Source: an uncultured archaeon
Lineage (GTDB): Archaea > Halobacteriota > Archaeoglobi > Archaeoglobales > Archaeoglobaceae
Length of the DNA: 64,000 nucleotides
Assembly (NCBI GenBank): GCA_964596255.1
Contig: CAZQTT010000001.1
Span: 20,327-84,326 of the forward strand
Direction of reading: 5' to 3'
Below the pieces are notes generated by a model. It saw nothing but the letters and a program-made list of their open reading frames with translations. It had not been told where the DNA came from and did no database searches. This document shows, piece after piece, positions 9,386-19,220 of the stretch. Made by a program: the position numbers and the translations under genes. Numbering within the stretch: the stretch's first letter is position 1; every line of letters starts with the position of its first letter.

Positions 9386-10900
9386 ATGAAAAAGGATGAT
9401 AGAAAAAATTTAACCACAGCTTTTGGAGCGCCTGTTGGCGATGATCAGAACAGCTTAACGGCTGGAGAAAGAGGTCCCGTCCTCATGCAGGATGTACACC
9501 TTCTGGATAAGTTGTCTCATTTTGATAGGGAGCGCATTCCTGAGCGCGTAGTTCACGCTAAGGGAGCTGGCGCAGGTGGATATTTTGAGGTGACCAGAGA
9601 TGTTAGTAAGTATACTAAAGCAAAATTCCTGTCTGAGGTAGGGAAGAGAACTGAAGTGTTCGCCCGCTTCTCTACAGTGGGAGGAGAGCGAGGATCGGCT
9701 GATGCGGCTCGTGATCCGCGTGGGTTTGCTGTAAAGTTCTATACCGAAGATGGTAACTATGATTTTGTGGGAAACAATACTCCTGTCTTCTTTATACGTG
9801 ATCCCTTAAAATTCCCGGATTTCATACATACTCAGAAACGCAATCCTGCCACCAACTGCAAGGACCCCGACATGTTCTGGGACTTCCTTTCACTGACACC
9901 AGAATCGATCCATCAGGTGACCATTCTATTCTCTGATAGGGGTACTCCGGCCACCTACAGGAACATGAATGGATACAGCAGCCATACCTATAAATGGTAT
10001 AATGAGGATGGAGAGTATTTCTGGGTAAAGTACCACTTTAAGACTGATCAGGGGATTCAGAACCTCACCCGTAATGAAGCAGATGCCATGAGCGGCAAAG
10101 ACCCTGACCACGCTACCAGGGACCTCTACAATGCTATAGATAGAGGCGATTATCCATCATGGACTCTTCAGATGCAGATAATGACTCCAGAGGAAGCGGA
10201 AGATTATCGTTTTGACATCTTTGACATAACCAAGGTATGGCCCCATGGCGACTTCCCACCCATTGACGTGGGTAAACTGGTCCTCAACCGCAACCCGGAG
10301 AACTACTTTGCCGAAGTAGAGCAGGCCGCCTTCAACCCCAGCAACCTGGTCCCAGGCATTGGAGTTTCGCCAGATAAGATGCTCCAGGCCCGTCTCTTCT
10401 CCTACCACGACACTCACCTTCATCGACTTGGTCCCAATTACCATTTGATCCCGGTGAACAGACCCAAGAATGCTGAGAACAGCTACCAGCGTGATGGGTT
10501 CATGCGGGTCGACTCGAATGGGGGCAGCGGTCCGAATTACTGGCCCAACAGTTTCGGTGGACCAGAGCCGGACAAATCCGCAAAGGAGCCTCCTTTTGAA
10601 GTCTCGGGGAAGGCTGACAGATATCCATATACCCACCCCAACGATGACTTTGTTCAGCCCGGCAATCTGTATCGGGATGTTATGAGCGAGCAGGACCGCA
10701 AAAATCTGGTGGGCAATATCGTTGATCATCTAAGTAACGCCCAAAAAAGGATACAGCTCCGACAGACTGCACTGTTCTTCAAGGCAGACCCAGATTTTGG
10801 TCAGAGAGTGGCCGATGGACTCGGACTGGATGTGAAAGAAGTCGAGAAATTGGCCAGCATGTCACACGAGGAGAGGGCAAAGACTACATCCCAACCATAA
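9386..10900 (+). CDS. katA: Monofunctional heme catalase
   Basis: [18 protein letters not shown] (distal His) and RLFSYHDTH (proximal Tyr) motifs. 504 aa. Confidence 0.95.
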   Translation: MKKDDRKNLTTAFGAPVGDDQNSLTAGERGPVLMQDVHLLDKLSHFDRERIPERVVHAKGAGAGGYFEVTRDVSKYTKAKFLSEVGKRTEVFARFSTVGGERGSADAARDPRGFAVKFYTEDGNYDFVGNNTPVFFIRDPLKFPDFIHTQKRNPATNCKDPDMFWDFLSLTPESIHQVTILFSDRGTPATYRNMNGYSSHTYKWYNEDGEYFWVKYHFKTDQGIQNLTRNEADAMSGKDPDHATRDLYNAIDRGDYPSWTLQMQIMTPEEAEDYRFDIFDITKVWPHGDFPPIDVGKLVLNRNPENYFAEVEQAAFNPSNLVPGIGVSPDKMLQARLFSYHDTHLHRLGPNYHLIPVNRPKNAENSYQRDGFMRVDSNGGSGPNYWPNSFGGPEPDKSAKEPPFEVSGKADRYPYTHPNDDFVQPGNLYRDVMSEQDRKNLVGNIVDHLSNAQKRIQLRQTALFFKADPDFGQRVADGLGLDVKEVEKLASMSHEERAKTTSQP

Positions 10901-10954
10901 CAACCTTAAATAACGGATGGACTGATCCAATTATATAATAATCGTTACCCACCT

Positions 10955-11449
10955 TTAGACGACCACATCCAGAATATCTTGCCTGGCTACTATTCCTACC
11001 AGTTTATTTTCTCTATCTACTACAGGGAGTCTGTTAAAGTCTTTCTCGCTCATTATTCTGGAGGCTTCTGAAATGGACGCATCAGCTGATACAGTTACTG
11101 GTTGTCTGGACATTACATCTTTTACTGAACCGCTGAGTAGCGTATTGTATCTTTGTTTGATCTCATCCGGCATTTCTCTTACTTTTTTCCAGTAGTTGCG
11201 TATGTTCAAGAACACGAAGGGATTGAAGGGGTTAAATTCAATATAAGGTAGAGGGATGGTTGAAGTCAGGTTTATGATATCTGCTTCACTGATAATTCCT
11301 ACCACCTTGCCCTCTTCATCCACTACAGGTGCTCCACTTATTTTATTATCTCTGAAAGTTTCAATTACTTTCTGGACCTTATCATCTGACTTGAAAGAGA
11401 TAACGTTGGCGTTCATAACCTCTCTTACAGTTTTAGCTGGCATGCTCAA
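10955..11449 (-). CDS. CBS-domain pair protein
   Basis: Two CBS repeats (ISGAPVVDEEGKVVGIISEADI; NRLPVVDRENKLVGIVARQDI). Confidence 0.85.
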   Translation of the reverse strand: MSMPAKTVREVMNANVISFKSDDKVQKVIETFRDNKISGAPVVDEEGKVVGIISEADIINLTSTIPLPYIEFNPFNPFVFLNIRNYWKKVREMPDEIKQRYNTLLSGSVKDVMSRQPVTVSADASISEASRIMSEKDFNRLPVVDRENKLVGIVARQDILDVVV

Positions 11450-11910
11450 TCCTCCTGAAGCGAAGTCAATATATCTGCCCTGGTCACTATTCCCACCAGC
11501 TTTCCACTGTTATCAACAACTGGCAGCCGATTATATCCTGTAGAGTGCATAATTGACGCTGCATCATTAATTAGGTTGTCCGAATCTACGATCTGAGGGT
11601 GCTTTGACATTACTTCCTTGACCCTTGTCTCGCTCATCCTTTCGATGTCTTCCTGGATATCCTGTTCTTGCTCGTGGAGGTGAAGAATCCTATTCAAGGA
11701 GTGCCAGGGATGATCACCCAATACTTTAAGAACATCAGCCTCGCTGAGCACTCCCACCACATCGCCCTCTTCATTTAGGACTGGAGCACCGCTTACTTTT
11801 CTTTCCCGGATTATTTTTGCAGCTTCCATTAAAGTATGACTCTCCTTTACCGTAACCACGTCTCTGGTCATGATCTCTTCAACTTTTTCCATTGGAGTTC
11901 GATGATGCAT
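11446..11910 (-). CDS. CBS-domain pair protein
   Basis: Two CBS repeats (VSGAPVLNEEGDVVGVLSEADV; NRLPVVDNSGKLVGIVTRADI). It shares a 4-nt ATGA overlap with the downstream CBS gene. Confidence 0.85.
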   Translation of the reverse strand: MHHRTPMEKVEEIMTRDVVTVKESHTLMEAAKIIRERKVSGAPVLNEEGDVVGVLSEADVLKVLGDHPWHSLNRILHLHEQEQDIQEDIERMSETRVKEVMSKHPQIVDSDNLINDAASIMHSTGYNRLPVVDNSGKLVGIVTRADILTSLQED

Positions 11911-12104
11911 CCAGAACTTTAAGTTTTCTAAAAAAGTGGAAGAATAGAACGATTAAATATTTCACAACCAATGTCCAATGTCCTTGTGGTTATATATAAA
12001 CTCAAGGAAATCAGAATGTTTGAAAAAAGATCTGAGCGGGATTAAGGTTCAGAAAGAGGCAAGATCATATTGTCAGGAACTCTATTGGATTTAGGGGGCT
12101 TAAA

Positions 12105-13112
12105 TGGATTCTGACATTCCAAAGCAACTGAAACAACACTAAATTCTGCCGGGACCAGGTCTGTAGTGATGGCTGCTTTAATTGTTAATGCATCTATTAC
12201 TGTTTTAAAATTTATTGCTACTTGCTGACCTTAAGCCCGGCTATGCTCTCCGAACATACCATTCCATATCGGATACCGGCAACCAGGTCTTTCTGTTGAT
12301 AGGAATAGAATTCAGTCATAAAGGACCCAGCAGAATCCACCCCTTCGGATACGGGAAAGCTCAGTTCTTCTACAGCTTTCTGGTGAGCGTATTTCTCTTC
12401 GGTATTGCCGGGATCGAGAGCTTCAGGCACGGATTTAACCTATAATTCACATGAGAGCTCACTGGCGAGCGGTATGGTCCCAATTATGGGTTTCAATTTC
12501 CCGGCAGTGTTTGTGAATTATGGCTTCCTGTTGGGAGCCATACTATTCGAGGGATATGCTTTCTCCAAGGCTTACAAAGGCATGAAATCGGATATCGAGA
12601 AACATACAGTGGAGTGGATTTAGAGAGGTTTCAAGAAGACCAGCAATGTCAGCACACTGACGGCCTTCACTGAGGACTATTGCCATAATCGGAGATATTA
12701 TGGCTCTGGTAGGTATTTTGGTCACTCAACTGACGGGGAATCCATTTTTCGATGGTTTTTCCTGCTCTACTGATCGGGGGATTACGCTGATGTTCTTCGC
12801 CATGATGCTCGCATGGGAAAACCAGCGCCTGCTTATTGGGGAGAGCCTGCCGGCGAAGGAGGAGAAACAACTGCGAGACATCATCTTGAGTTTTGAGGAT
12901 GTGAAGGGAATAGTTGATTTCAGGACGGTTTACTTTGACCTGACAACATAATTGTTACCGCTGATGTGGCTATGGATCCAGATCTGAACACTGAAGAAGT
13001 GGATGAAACAATCTCCCGCATGGAAAAAGAGATGAGAGAGACAAATAAAGATATAAAGAAAGTGTATATTGAGCCGGAGACTTGGGAGTGGGGCTATGAG
13101 AGATTAAAATAA
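12105..13112 (+). pseudogene. Cation diffusion facilitator (CDF) family metal efflux transporter, disrupted by several stops and frameshifts
   Basis: CDF-like segments sit in four different frames. These are VVMAALIVNASITVLKFIA; HSISDTGNQVFLLIGIEFS..HPFGYGKAQFFYSFLVSVFLFGIAG; ESLPAKEEKQLRDIILSFEDVKGIVDFRTVYF; and VTADVAMDPDLNTEEVDETISRMEKEM..KKVYIEPE. Confidence 0.7.
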
Positions 13113-13186
13113 GTAAATGTTATGTATAAGTTTGTATTAAAACAAAATAAGTCTTTAAAATCTAATTTAGTTTTCAAGGGGTACAA

Positions 13187-14245
13187 ATGCTCAAAATGAT
13201 CAAGAAAAGATCCAAGAAAGCTGGCCTCCCTCCCGGGTCTCTGGTCTATGTGGGGGAGAAAAAAGCCGAAGAAGTAACAATCTCTATTATCGATTACGAT
13301 AAGAAAAATTTCGAGGAGAGGACAGTAGAAAACGTGGAAGATTGTTTTCCCTTCAAGGATACCTCTTCTGTTACATGGATAAATATTGTGGGTCTTCACG
13401 AGGTCAGTATTATCGACAGGATTGGCAAACAATTTGGTTTACACCCTTTGGTCCTAGAAGATATTCTAAACACCGAGCAGAGACCAAAGATAGAGGATTT
13501 TGACGATCATATTTTCATTGTTGCCAAGATGCTCTACTGTAAAGAGAATAAGATTGATTCAGAGCAGATAAGCATAATTCTGGGTCCCAATTACGTGTTA
13601 ACATTTCAGGAGAGGGAAGGAGATGTTTTTGACGCAGTAAGGAAGCGTATTAAGGAGAGTAAAGGGAAGATCAGGAAATTGGGGAGCGATTATCTCGCCT
13701 ATACTTTGATAGATGCTATTGTGGATAACTACTTCCTAATGCTGGAGAAAATAGGTGAAACCATTGAAAGGCTGGAAGAAGAGCTGCTGGAAGACCCCAC
13801 TCCGGAGACGCTGAACACCATCCACAGCTTAAAGCGAGAGCTGATATTCTTGAGAAAATCTGTGTGGCCCCTCAGGGAAGTAATAAACACTATCTACAAA
13901 GGAGAGTCAAAATTAATCAGTGATACAACCCAGATATACCTCAGGGACGTCTATGACCACACCATACAGGTAATTGACACCATTGAGACGTTCAGGGACA
14001 TGGTTTCGGGTATGCTGGAAGTATATTTATCAAGTGTCAGCAACAGGATGAACGAGGTAATGAAGGTCCTGACCATAATTGCTACCATTTTCATCCCCCT
14101 GACCTTCATCGCAGGGGTTTACGGCATGAACTTCCAGTATATGCCGGAGCTGGGGTTATGGTGGGCCTATCCTGCCGTATGGACGGTGATGCTGGCTACA
14201 GGTGTTACCATGCTCATATATTTCCGTAAAAAGAGATGGATATAA
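13187..14245 (+). CDS. corA: Magnesium/cobalt transporter CorA
   Basis: 352 aa. YGMNF motif followed by two C-terminal TM helices. Confidence 0.9.
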   Translation: MLKMIKKRSKKAGLPPGSLVYVGEKKAEEVTISIIDYDKKNFEERTVENVEDCFPFKDTSSVTWINIVGLHEVSIIDRIGKQFGLHPLVLEDILNTEQRPKIEDFDDHIFIVAKMLYCKENKIDSEQISIILGPNYVLTFQEREGDVFDAVRKRIKESKGKIRKLGSDYLAYTLIDAIVDNYFLMLEKIGETIERLEEELLEDPTPETLNTIHSLKRELIFLRKSVWPLREVINTIYKGESKLISDTTQIYLRDVYDHTIQVIDTIETFRDMVSGMLEVYLSSVSNRMNEVMKVLTIIATIFIPLTFIAGVYGMNFQYMPELGLWWAYPAVWTVMLATGVTMLIYFRKKRWI

Positions 14246-14347
14246 AGTTAGAAATGAGAAATGAGAATTGACCAATTTCTAATTATCTGATTTCTGATCA
14301 GGAGAGTTGAAAGATAGAAGATGGGGGATGTGATGGGAGATTTACGG

Positions 14348-14548
14348 TTATCTTCTCTTCTTTTTCATGATCTCTTCCAGCTTACCTTCCAGAGGTTCTT
14401 CATTGATATAAGAACATCTTAAATAATGATTTACAGCCATAGCAATTGCATCTTTTGTGGCATTTTCTCCCGTCTTCTTCTTCAGCTCGTTGAGAGACTC
14501 CTCCGCAAGAACGGTTTGGGCATGAACAATCTTGACCATTTTTATCAC
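14348..14548 (-). CDS. Hypothetical small protein, possibly ribbon-helix-helix-like
   Basis: 66-aa ORF. Beta-helix-helix style N-terminal part (KIVHAQTVLAEESLNELKKK..TKDAIAMAVNHYL). The similarity is only by eye. Confidence 0.35.
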   Translation of the reverse strand: MIKMVKIVHAQTVLAEESLNELKKKTGENATKDAIAMAVNHYLRCSYINEEPLEGKLEEIMKKKRR

Positions 14549-14890
14549 CTACATGAGCATAATGGCTCTTAATTACTTAAATGTCTTTATTTTCACAATG
14601 ATGTAAACATGATAATCTGCTCAGATGAAAAATCACATCATCATGAAGATAAGCGTTGGTTTTATTAAATTTCTCATTATTATTATTCCCTACCGGCGAA
14701 AGAAGGTAAAAAAATGCCCTCAGCTATCTGGAGAGCTAAAAAATCAGATACGCTCTAAATACGGGATTCACAGTGGCTCAACAAGAAGCTATCACCCAAT
14801 TCGAGTGTATATTCATAATAGACTTGAAAATGGGTTGATAGAAGCTCATGAATTGAAGATTATAAGATAAATTGTTAGGAGGTTGGACCA

Positions 14891-15274
14891 ATGTCGGAAA
14901 CTAAAATATTGGTTGTGGATGACGAACCCGCCATGAGAGAAGTAATAGGGCTTATACTGGATAAGTACCAGGTCCTGGAAGCTTCTAATGGTTACGAGGC
15001 TTTGGAGATTTGCGAAAGAGATGAACCGGATTTAGTACTAATGGATATCATGATGCCTCGAATGGACGGGATTGAAGCCACCAAGAAAATTCTGGAGAAA
15101 AACCCTAACACTAAGATCGTGGCTATTACTGCCTACAAGTCTCACAAGGGCAAGGAGATGATGGAGGCAGGTGCACTTGATATACTGGAGAAACCATTCA
15201 GGAGAAAAGAGCTGGAAGAGATGGTGGACACAACTGTTGATGGAGAAACAGTAAAATCAGGGCAAGCTGCCTGA
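14891..15274 (+). CDS. Stand-alone response regulator receiver (CheY-like)
   Basis: VVDDEP, LVLMDIMMPRMDG (phospho-acceptor Asp), VAITAY and K..GA..ILEKPF. AGGAGG lies upstream. Confidence 0.9.
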   Translation: MSETKILVVDDEPAMREVIGLILDKYQVLEASNGYEALEICERDEPDLVLMDIMMPRMDGIEATKKILEKNPNTKIVAITAYKSHKGKEMMEAGALDILEKPFRRKELEEMVDTTVDGETVKSGQAA

Positions 15275-15609
15275 ATAAAACCAGAAATGCGTTCTGGAGG
15301 GGAGAATCACAATGCTAACCTATCTTCTGATCTCCCCTCTACCTCTAAGGGGCAATGGTAGCTACTAGTGTGCAGGTTGATTCCCTCTAACCTTTTCCAA
15401 TAGATTTTTCTATAATCACTCATAAGATACAAAATAGCTGTTGATAAAAGGAAATAATCAATTTTGGTTCAACCTGTCTGCAGGTCGTCCACATAGCATC
15501 ACTTTTGGTATCACTTCATATAAAAAGAATATTCAGGCCAGGCTTTAGTTTCTGCTTGTTGACCTTAACGTTGTTTAGCAGAAATTCCAGGCTTTTAGTC
15601 TATGAGATG

Positions 15610-15653
15610 GTTAGTCACTTTCATAAGTTAGTCACTTTCATAAGTTAGTCACT
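15610..15653. repeat. Perfect 17-bp tandem repeat (GTTAGTCACTTTCATAA) x2.6
   Basis: Read directly. Copies at 15610-15626 and 15627-15643, plus a partial copy at 15644-15653. It lies inside a 466-bp gene-free gap. Confidence 0.95.
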
Positions 15654-15741
15654 ACCAAAATCATACTTACCTACCAGTTTCGGGACTTTCAACTATTATC
15701 TAAGTTACAGTTTGAATTCCAGTCACGTTACTTGATCTGAT

Positions 15742-17661
15742 TTATTCTTTAATTCTGGACCCTCCAGGTGGTAAGAACTTCATCACTTCATCGGGTTTGG
15801 CTATGCTCTTTACTAAGTGTTTCTCATCTTCCCTGGCCTTTTCCACGAGTTTAGCTGCGATCTCTACCGAAATTTCATTGTGAGATTTGTCTCCAATGTC
15901 GAGCTCCACAAGATAGTCGCAGTAGGTTTTAACAGCGGATAATGGCCCTCCCAGGACTCTTAAATTTTTGACCTCCACTCCTACCGCACACGAGACCGGG
16001 ACATCCATGAAGCTCCTCTTACCCTCGATGAGGAAACTCCCCTTGGCGAGATACTCTCCTGATTTGGCACTTCTTTTGACCTGATCCGGATTTACATGGT
16101 ATGCTGATCCGCTGTACTTTCCCTCTTTCCACAGCGCAGAATAAGTAGCAGCAAATTGAGCAGCCTCATAGATACTTCTCTCTCCTGCTTCTTTACCATT
16201 CTTCAACACTGTTGCGGGAGCACCCGGGCTCTGGGTATGGAAGAACAGATCATTGTTTTCCATGTATTTTGACACTATCTCCGAATTCATGGATGCACTC
16301 CTCCCTCCGATCACCAGAAAGTTTTCAGAGGTTACAAACCACCTGAACCTCTCGTACCACTCTCTCTTTCTGACCGCCCTCATCGGGCTGTCTGTATAGG
16401 TACTGACAACAGTATCTTCACTTTCCATTGACTTTTTGGTCTTTTCCATAGCCTTGAGCAGGCCATCTAACTTGGTCTTGACCTTCTTGGATTTTTGGTA
16501 GTAGTCATCTGCGATCTGGGGTATGGTCTTGCCAAGAGGGAGCTCCAGGCTCATATTGTCTATGGTGACGACCACTTTATTCTCTTTGGGATTCACTGAT
16601 TCTATAATAGAGATCAGCCCATTTTCGTTCTGCTTTTCTTTGACCGTTCTCTTTATTTCATCCCACGACATCTTCTCTCTGGCTTCTCTGAAGGCATTCA
16701 TAACCTGTTCTATGGTCTGATAATTCTCGTATAAAGCATCTCCAGCTTTTTTATAGTATTCTATTTCTCTTTCAAAATCCCTTTTGGCTTCTTCCTGCTG
16801 TTCAAGTCTTTTTCTCAACTTATGCATCTCTGTACTTTCTTCTAACTCAGTTTCAGTCATCTGGCGAGAATAAAACTCATCCAGGGCCTCGTTAAAGGTT
16901 TCGAAATATTCTTTGTCGTGTTGGGAATAGATTTCCAGCTCAAGAGGAAGAACATCCACCTCCTCTCCATTTTGAGAAACAATTTGGGGTTTGATGTTTC
17001 CTTCAAAGAGGGGCGAAAAAGTCTCCCTTATAGCATTTTCAAGACTTACTATTTCTTCTTCGCTCAAGTAATCGGCAGGTTTATACTTGTTAACATTGGC
17101 CCGCAAACATATTTCCTCTGCGAACAGACCGCCCAGTCCACCCTTAGTGGCCAGCAACCTCACTATATCAGAGCTGTCAATAATATCGCGGAAGTTCTCC
17201 AGGATATTATGGGGGTTGATTTTTATCTGAGGAAAAGTGTAATTCTGATTGGGTCTCAGTCTCTTTAATGCCATTATAACCTTGTAATCTTTATACGCCA
17301 GAATGACATTACCTTTGGAGAAGCACTCTCCAATCAACAGACTGGTTTTATCCCCTCTCTCAATTTCTATAATAACAATTCTATCAAAATCATACTGCTT
17401 TATTCTCCTTATTCTCCCTCCCTCTAAGTGTTTTCTCAACAGCATGGCAAAACTGGAGGGGAATCTTATCTCCCGAACATATCTGGTGAGGTGAACTCTC
17501 TTACCGGCTTCAATTATCAGATCATGCCTTTCACCTGCATGTACCTTTATTCTAATTTCGTCATTAGAATGGTATATCTTGTTTATTTTACCATTAACTA
17601 ATTTTTGAAGCTCTTCAACGCACACATTTATGTCAACTGCAGACATAGCTAAGGAAGTCAT
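15742..17661 (-). CDS. NFACT-family protein (archaeal Rqc2/RqcH homolog; FbpA N-terminal plus DUF814)
   Basis: 639 aa. N-terminal NFACT-N-like region, a central charged coiled coil, and a C-terminal NFACT-R-like region (FHTQSPGAPATVLKNG). Confidence 0.8.
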   Translation of the reverse strand: MTSLAMSAVDINVCVEELQKLVNGKINKIYHSNDEIRIKVHAGERHDLIIEAGKRVHLTRYVREIRFPSSFAMLLRKHLEGGRIRRIKQYDFDRIVIIEIERGDKTSLLIGECFSKGNVILAYKDYKVIMALKRLRPNQNYTFPQIKINPHNILENFRDIIDSSDIVRLLATKGGLGGLFAEEICLRANVNKYKPADYLSEEEIVSLENAIRETFSPLFEGNIKPQIVSQNGEEVDVLPLELEIYSQHDKEYFETFNEALDEFYSRQMTETELEESTEMHKLRKRLEQQEEAKRDFEREIEYYKKAGDALYENYQTIEQVMNAFREAREKMSWDEIKRTVKEKQNENGLISIIESVNPKENKVVVTIDNMSLELPLGKTIPQIADDYYQKSKKVKTKLDGLLKAMEKTKKSMESEDTVVSTYTDSPMRAVRKREWYERFRWFVTSENFLVIGGRSASMNSEIVSKYMENNDLFFHTQSPGAPATVLKNGKEAGERSIYEAAQFAATYSALWKEGKYSGSAYHVNPDQVKRSAKSGEYLAKGSFLIEGKRSFMDVPVSCAVGVEVKNLRVLGGPLSAVKTYCDYLVELDIGDKSHNEISVEIAAKLVEKAREDEKHLVKSIAKPDEVMKFLPPGGSRIKE

Positions 17662-17765
17662 ACATGGTCACCGTTTATAGAAAGGAAATCTTATATTAGG
17701 GTGATTGGTAATTACATAGTAATCCCATTTTAACCCCAGAAATAGGTTGATTTCAGGGTGATATT

Positions 17766-17895
17766 GTGAAGTCATACAAGGTACCTGAATCAGGAGGACA
17801 ATTAAAAGTTATCCTTCCGGCTGTGCTTGCTGAAAAGTATGGGGTTAAATAAAGGTGATCAAGTCATGTGGAGGATTGATGGGGAAACTCATTAA
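17766..17895 (+). pseudogene. Frameshifted AbrB/SpoVT-like small DNA-binding protein remnant
   Basis: VKSYKVPESGGQLKVILPAVLAEKYG continues as LNKGDQVMWRIDGETH only after a 1-nt shift at the GGGG run (about 17841). Confidence 0.4.
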
Positions 17896-18006
17896 CAACC
17901 TCATTCCTCCACTCATGAGATCAAGGTTACGTGGATATCTACATCAAGATTATTATAACCATGGATAAATAGTAATTTTTTTGGAGAATTAAACTAAAAT
18001 GAATAT

Positions 18007-18086
18007 GGGAGAGGCCACACCACCCCCAAGTATTACCCCACCCAAGACCCCCAACTCACCAAATTTTTATCATGCAGGCCTCTCCC
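18007..18086. other. Perfect 10-bp inverted repeat (GGGAGAGGCC/GGCCTCTCCC) enclosing a 60-nt C-tract-rich loop
   Basis: Read directly. The arms are at 18007-18016 and 18077-18086. The loop contains C5, C4, C3 and C5 tracts, which are G-tracts on the minus strand. Confidence 0.8.
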
Positions 18087-18181
18087 CATTACCCCCAAAA
18101 TCCCGTGATGAGGTATCTTGAGCTCAGCAGGGAAGAGAATAAAAGTGGAAGGTTGTGAGGAAGGGCACCTAAATCATATGG

Positions 18182-18931
18182 TTATGCGATGTCTTTAGAG
18201 GTATCTATCTTTATCCCCTCTTCTACTTTAAATTTGAAGGTCTCCTTTACGGGAGGTCTGTTTCTGATTTTTGGAATGGAAAGAACACTTTTTATTTGTG
18301 CTCCAACTTCTTCACTGCGGACATTAAAAACAACGTCACTGATCTCTATTACCATATTGATTATTTCTGTGGGGTGAACACCTTTCATCAGGTATATGTA
18401 AAATAGATTTTTGCTCTCTTTAGAGAGCAAGTAAATTTTGTTCAGCAGCCACTCTTTTAGAGCGAAATCTACATCTAATTTCATGAAAAAGGAAATAGAG
18501 TCAAATATTACATTGAAATCTTCTGGAGTGTGCAGGTCTTTCAATTGGTTGTTTAAAAAGCTAAATACTTCTTTCTTCTTCCATTTGCTGTCTATCAAAA
18601 ATTGTTCGAACTCTGTCTTACCATAATGAGAGAATACATCAATAAACTCTACATTTTCCACCGGAAAACCCATACTGGACATATTTTCCTGTATATACTG
18701 GACAGGGCGGAATGTGTTAAAATAGTAGGTCTTTCTTTCTGAGGACAGTTGGTACAGGAACGCTTCTGGCATACTAATGGGATCAGCATAGATACATACC
18801 AGACTATTTTCAGGTAATCCTCCTCCGAATTGTTTATCAAGCAATTCAATTCCTGTGGGTCTGTTACCTATTTTTTTGGTGGTTTTACTTATTTTGTCTA
18901 AGTGTTTTTGTAATTCAGAATTCACCATCAT
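18182..18931 (-). CDS. KaiC/RecA-fold protein lacking a Walker A P-loop (pseudo-ATPase)
   Basis: TGIELLDKQFGGGLPENSLVCIYADPISMPEAFLYQL aligns with the KaiC-like entry motif, but GxxGxGKT is replaced by ADPISMPE. 249 aa. Confidence 0.65.
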   Translation of the reverse strand: MMVNSELQKHLDKISKTTKKIGNRPTGIELLDKQFGGGLPENSLVCIYADPISMPEAFLYQLSSERKTYYFNTFRPVQYIQENMSSMGFPVENVEFIDVFSHYGKTEFEQFLIDSKWKKKEVFSFLNNQLKDLHTPEDFNVIFDSISFFMKLDVDFALKEWLLNKIYLLSKESKNLFYIYLMKGVHPTEIINMVIEISDVVFNVRSEEVGAQIKSVLSIPKIRNRPPVKETFKFKVEEGIKIDTSKDIA

Positions 18932-19220
18932 ACTGTAACAACCGTATAAAGCTAATAACCACTACAAAAAAAGGTTTACTCAAAAGCCATTATGAGAATA
19001 TGAAACCAAGATACCCCCAGAGAATTTTTTATGATAGTTTGCAGGCGTTTAAAGTTACATTTATTTGAAATACAAATGTGATTATGGATCCTATTTAATT
19101 CAAACATTTTATACCGGACATTGGGGCAGATGGCGACTGTAGAGTAGTAAAACTAAATCATAATGAGATAATAGCAAACTTAATAATTTCTAATAATTAT
19201 TATCATAAAGGTTAGCAATA

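Noticed and set aside
10157-10729. 190-aa ORF antisense to the catalase gene
   Set aside because: The catalase frame carries unmistakable family motifs. The antisense ORF has no motif and exists because stop codons are scarce in this locally GC-richer stretch.
14625-14870. 81-aa ORF upstream of the response regulator
   Set aside because: AT-rich, Ile/Lys-rich, with no RBS or motif. It is more likely promoter or leader DNA.
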